DNA of 64,000 nucleotides from an uncultured Acidobacteriota bacterium (GTDB lineage Bacteria; Acidobacteriota; Vicinamibacteria; Vicinamibacterales; CAVVIG01): NCBI GenBank assembly GCA_963757655.1, contig CAVWSQ010000001.1, positions 1,970,996 to 2,034,995 of the forward strand, read 5' to 3'. Shown piece by piece: positions 61,938 to 64,000 of this stretch (position 1 is its first letter; each line of letters starts with the position of its first letter). The notes under the pieces were generated by a model. It saw only the letters and a program-made list of their open reading frames with translations, ran no database searches and was not told where the DNA came from. The position numbers and the translations under genes were made by a program.

Positions 61938-62978
61938 ATGCCGGATACTGCTGACGCGCTGAACGTACTGGTCGTCGACGATGAGCCGGCCATCGTCACA
62001 TTCCTGAAGCGGATCCTGATCGCCGAGGGACATACGGTGTCCGCCGCCTACGACGGATCCGAAGCTCTGCGGGCGATCGCTGCCGCGCCTCCCGACGTCG
62101 TGCTCCTCGACGTGCGGCTGCCCGGCCTCGATGGCATCGAGGTCTGCCGCCACCTCAAGACTGCCGCGGCGACGCGTTTGCTGCCGATCATCCTGGTGAC
62201 CGGCCTTACCGATCGCCAGCAGCAGATCGAGGGGATGAAAGCCGGAGCCGACGACTTCCTCAAGAAGCCGATCGACGTCGAAGAACTGCTGGTCCGCGTC
62301 CGCTCGCTCGGCCGGATGAAGCGCTACACCGACGACCTGGATTCGGCGACCGCCATCGTCATTACCCTCGCGGAAATGATCGAATCACGCGACGGCCGCA
62401 GCGACGGGCATTGTCATCGCATGGCCAACTACGCGACCGCGCTCGGCCGCCATCTCGGCCTGGGTGACGACGAATTACGGGCGTTGCACCGCGGCGGCTT
62501 TCTCCACGACATGGGTATGCTGGCGATTCCCGACGGGGTGCTTCAGAAGACGGGGCCGCTGACGCCCCAGGAATTCGAACTGGTCAAGTCGCACACGGTG
62601 GTCGGCGACTCGCTGTGTCAGACGCTGCGCTCTCTTCATCCGGTCAGGCCGATCGTCCGGCACCATCACGAGCGCCTCGACGGCTCCGGCTATCCCGACG
62701 GCCTGTGCGGCGATGCGATTCCCCTGGTCGCGCAAATCACGGCGCTGGTCGATACCTATGATGGCGCGACCACCCGGCGACCCTATCAGGAAGCCCAGTC
62801 CACGAGGCAGGCGCTCGAGCTGTTACGGCGGCACGTCGAGCGCGGGTGGAAGCGCCACGACCTGGTCGAAGCCTTCTGCGACCTGATCGAGAGCGGCAAG
62901 GTTCACGCGCCGTGGCCGGAGGCTGGCGAGGCCAGCGCCGCCGGCGCTGACGACGCGTTCGACATCCCCGAGTGGTAG
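61938..62978 (+). CDS. response regulator with HD-GYP phosphodiesterase domain (RpfG-like)
   Basis: 346-aa ORF. REC (VLVVDDEPAIV...VVLLDVRLPGLDG...LKKP) followed by HD (HCHRMANY...GGFLHDMG) and HHERLDGSGYPDG. Confidence 0.9.
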   Translation: MPDTADALNVLVVDDEPAIVTFLKRILIAEGHTVSAAYDGSEALRAIAAAPPDVVLLDVRLPGLDGIEVCRHLKTAAATRLLPIILVTGLTDRQQQIEGMKAGADDFLKKPIDVEELLVRVRSLGRMKRYTDDLDSATAIVITLAEMIESRDGRSDGHCHRMANYATALGRHLGLGDDELRALHRGGFLHDMGMLAIPDGVLQKTGPLTPQEFELVKSHTVVGDSLCQTLRSLHPVRPIVRHHHERLDGSGYPDGLCGDAIPLVAQITALVDTYDGATTRRPYQEAQSTRQALELLRRHVERGWKRHDLVEAFCDLIESGKVHAPWPEAGEASAAGADDAFDIPEW

Positions 62979-63065
62979 GCTCCGCGCCGCAGACGCGCCG
63001 CGCGGTCGAGGAGGCGTGGCGAACATTACGTGAAAAGGAGCTCACAATCCGGGCTAGTGCAGGGC

Positions 63066-63416
63066 TCAGCATCTCCTATTCCCTCTACCTATCCGCGTGC
63101 CCTCAGGCGTGGTGTCGAACGTCACGGTGACTTCGGTCTCTGCAGCGTTGGTCGTCGGCGAGGCCCACGTGAATCGCAGGCGGGCGGGGCGGTCGATCTC
63201 CAGGTAGCGTCCGCAATGATCATGCGAACCCCTGGCGCTGGCCATGACGATGCGAAAGGCGCCGCCGACTCTGGGATCGACGTCGACCGCCGCCGCATGC
63301 GAGTCGCCGGCGGCGAGGAAGCGAGCCATGCACTCGGGGCTCAGCCACGCGTCGAACACCCGCTCGCGCGGCACACCGATCGTGATCGTGACCTCGACGC
63401 GGCGCACCACGGTCAT
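63066..63416 (-). CDS. SRPBCC superfamily protein (AHSA1/START-like)
   Basis: Track ORF 63066..63488. Start at ATG 63416 (MTVVRRVEVTITIGVPRERVFDAWLSPE), overlapping the ArsR stop (ATGA). Confidence 0.8.
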   Translation of the reverse strand: MTVVRRVEVTITIGVPRERVFDAWLSPECMARFLAAGDSHAAAVDVDPRVGGAFRIVMASARGSHDHCGRYLEIDRPARLRFTWASPTTNAAETEVTVTFDTTPEGTRIGRGNRRC

Positions 63417-63745
63417 GTCCGCCGTTCGAGATCGGCCTTGAGGCGAGACATCGCGCGCTCCCAGAATGCCGTCTGTCGCGCCATCCAATCGCGGGCGGCG
63501 CGCAGTTCCCCGACGCGGGCCCGGATGACATGATCGCGGCCGAGTATCTCGCGCGAGACGAGGCCGGCCCGCTCCAGCACCTTCACGTGCTTCGACACCG
63601 CAGCGAGGGAGATGTCGAATTCGGCGGTCAGTTCGGTCAGCCCTCGGCCCTGGCGTACGGTGGCCTCGAGGATGCGGCGCCGGACGGAGTGTGACAGCGC
63701 GCCAAACGCGCGGTCGAGATCGCCGTTGCCGCGGTGCCCGATCAC
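63413..63745 (-). CDS. ArsR/SmtB family transcriptional regulator
   Basis: Track ORF 63413..63811. Start at GTG 63745, overlapping the upstream stop (GTGA). LSHSVRRRILEAT...LTELTAEFDISLAAVSKHVKVLERAGLV is a winged helix-turn-helix. Confidence 0.85.
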   Translation of the reverse strand: MIGHRGNGDLDRAFGALSHSVRRRILEATVRQGRGLTELTAEFDISLAAVSKHVKVLERAGLVSREILGRDHVIRARVGELRAARDWMARQTAFWERAMSRLKADLERRT

Positions 63746-64000
63746 GCCGTGGCCTCTGCGACGACTCGGAGACGCCGCAGATCGGCGCTCAGTGCACGAC
63801 CCATCGCCCACGTCAGCAGCCAGCGCGGCGCGAAGCCAGGCGCCTCGCCGACGTTCCGGATCGTAACGCGCGCGCCGCCTCCTTCCGCCTCGATCGTGTA
63901 CGCGACGGTTCCCCGCATCGGACCATCGACAATGCGCAGGTCGAGGCGGTCGCCGGTGAGGCCGATCACCTCAGTCGTCCAGCGCAGCGTGCGGCCGAGA
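63742..64000 (-). CDS. SRPBCC/polyketide-cyclase-like protein, C-terminal part (5' end outside the window)
   Basis: The frame stays open to the window edge upstream of track ORF 63742..63969 (...LGRTLRWTTEVIGLTGDRLDLRIVDGPMRGTVAYTIE...). Confidence 0.6.
   Translation of the reverse strand, partial: LGRTLRWTTEVIGLTGDRLDLRIVDGPMRGTVAYTIEAEGGGARVTIRNVGEAPGFAPRWLLTWAMGRALSADLRRLRVVAEATA

Overview
High-GC (about 68-70%) bacterial chromosomal segment. The gene content (DUF4331/TPR/HupE operon, NHL and LVIVD propellers, KGG stress protein, many exported proteins, GTAG-hairpin REP elements) suggests a soil Acidobacteriota-like organism; that assignment is inference only. I can support about 47 protein-coding genes. 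I saw no rRNA, tRNA or CRISPR array. Most genes are ordinary housekeeping, envelope or regulatory functions: two cyclophilins, PhzF, a TonB-type receptor, a hybrid histidine kinase, an MFS transporter, two fused ABC exporters, a GT2 and a pyruvyl transferase, peptidases, an HD-GYP response regulator and an ArsR/SRPBCC module. The main finding is a 13.6-kb operon of four tightly packed giant ORFs (35209-48820; 1093, 1147, 1639 and 634 aa). I could find no signal peptide, NTPase motif or catalytic motif in any of them, and their conserved strings are ones I recall only from uncharacterised families (protein 1 looks DUF6603-like). The operon is preceded by a low-GC promoter region and ends in a 166-bp MITE-like palindrome that begins at the last stop codon. 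In the third giant gene, about 290 codons carry their coding signal in the +1 frame while the nominal frame stays open, which implies two compensating indels, one at a C6 run. Other notable structures:
- A five-copy 236-270-bp tandem array (12187-13335) built from a coding-like gene fragment plus a REP hairpin, with a nested 30-bp minisatellite.
- Dispersed copies of the same GTAG-hairpin REP family.
- A dyad-symmetric array of GAGGAT/ATCCTC octamers with six GATC sites, filling a divergent promoter region (22133-22299).
- Two divergent gene pairs whose start codons share a single CATG.
- A decayed orphan MazF toxin.
- A G8 tract inside an NHL-propeller gene.
All family names come from reading the translated sequences by eye and need HMM or BLAST confirmation.
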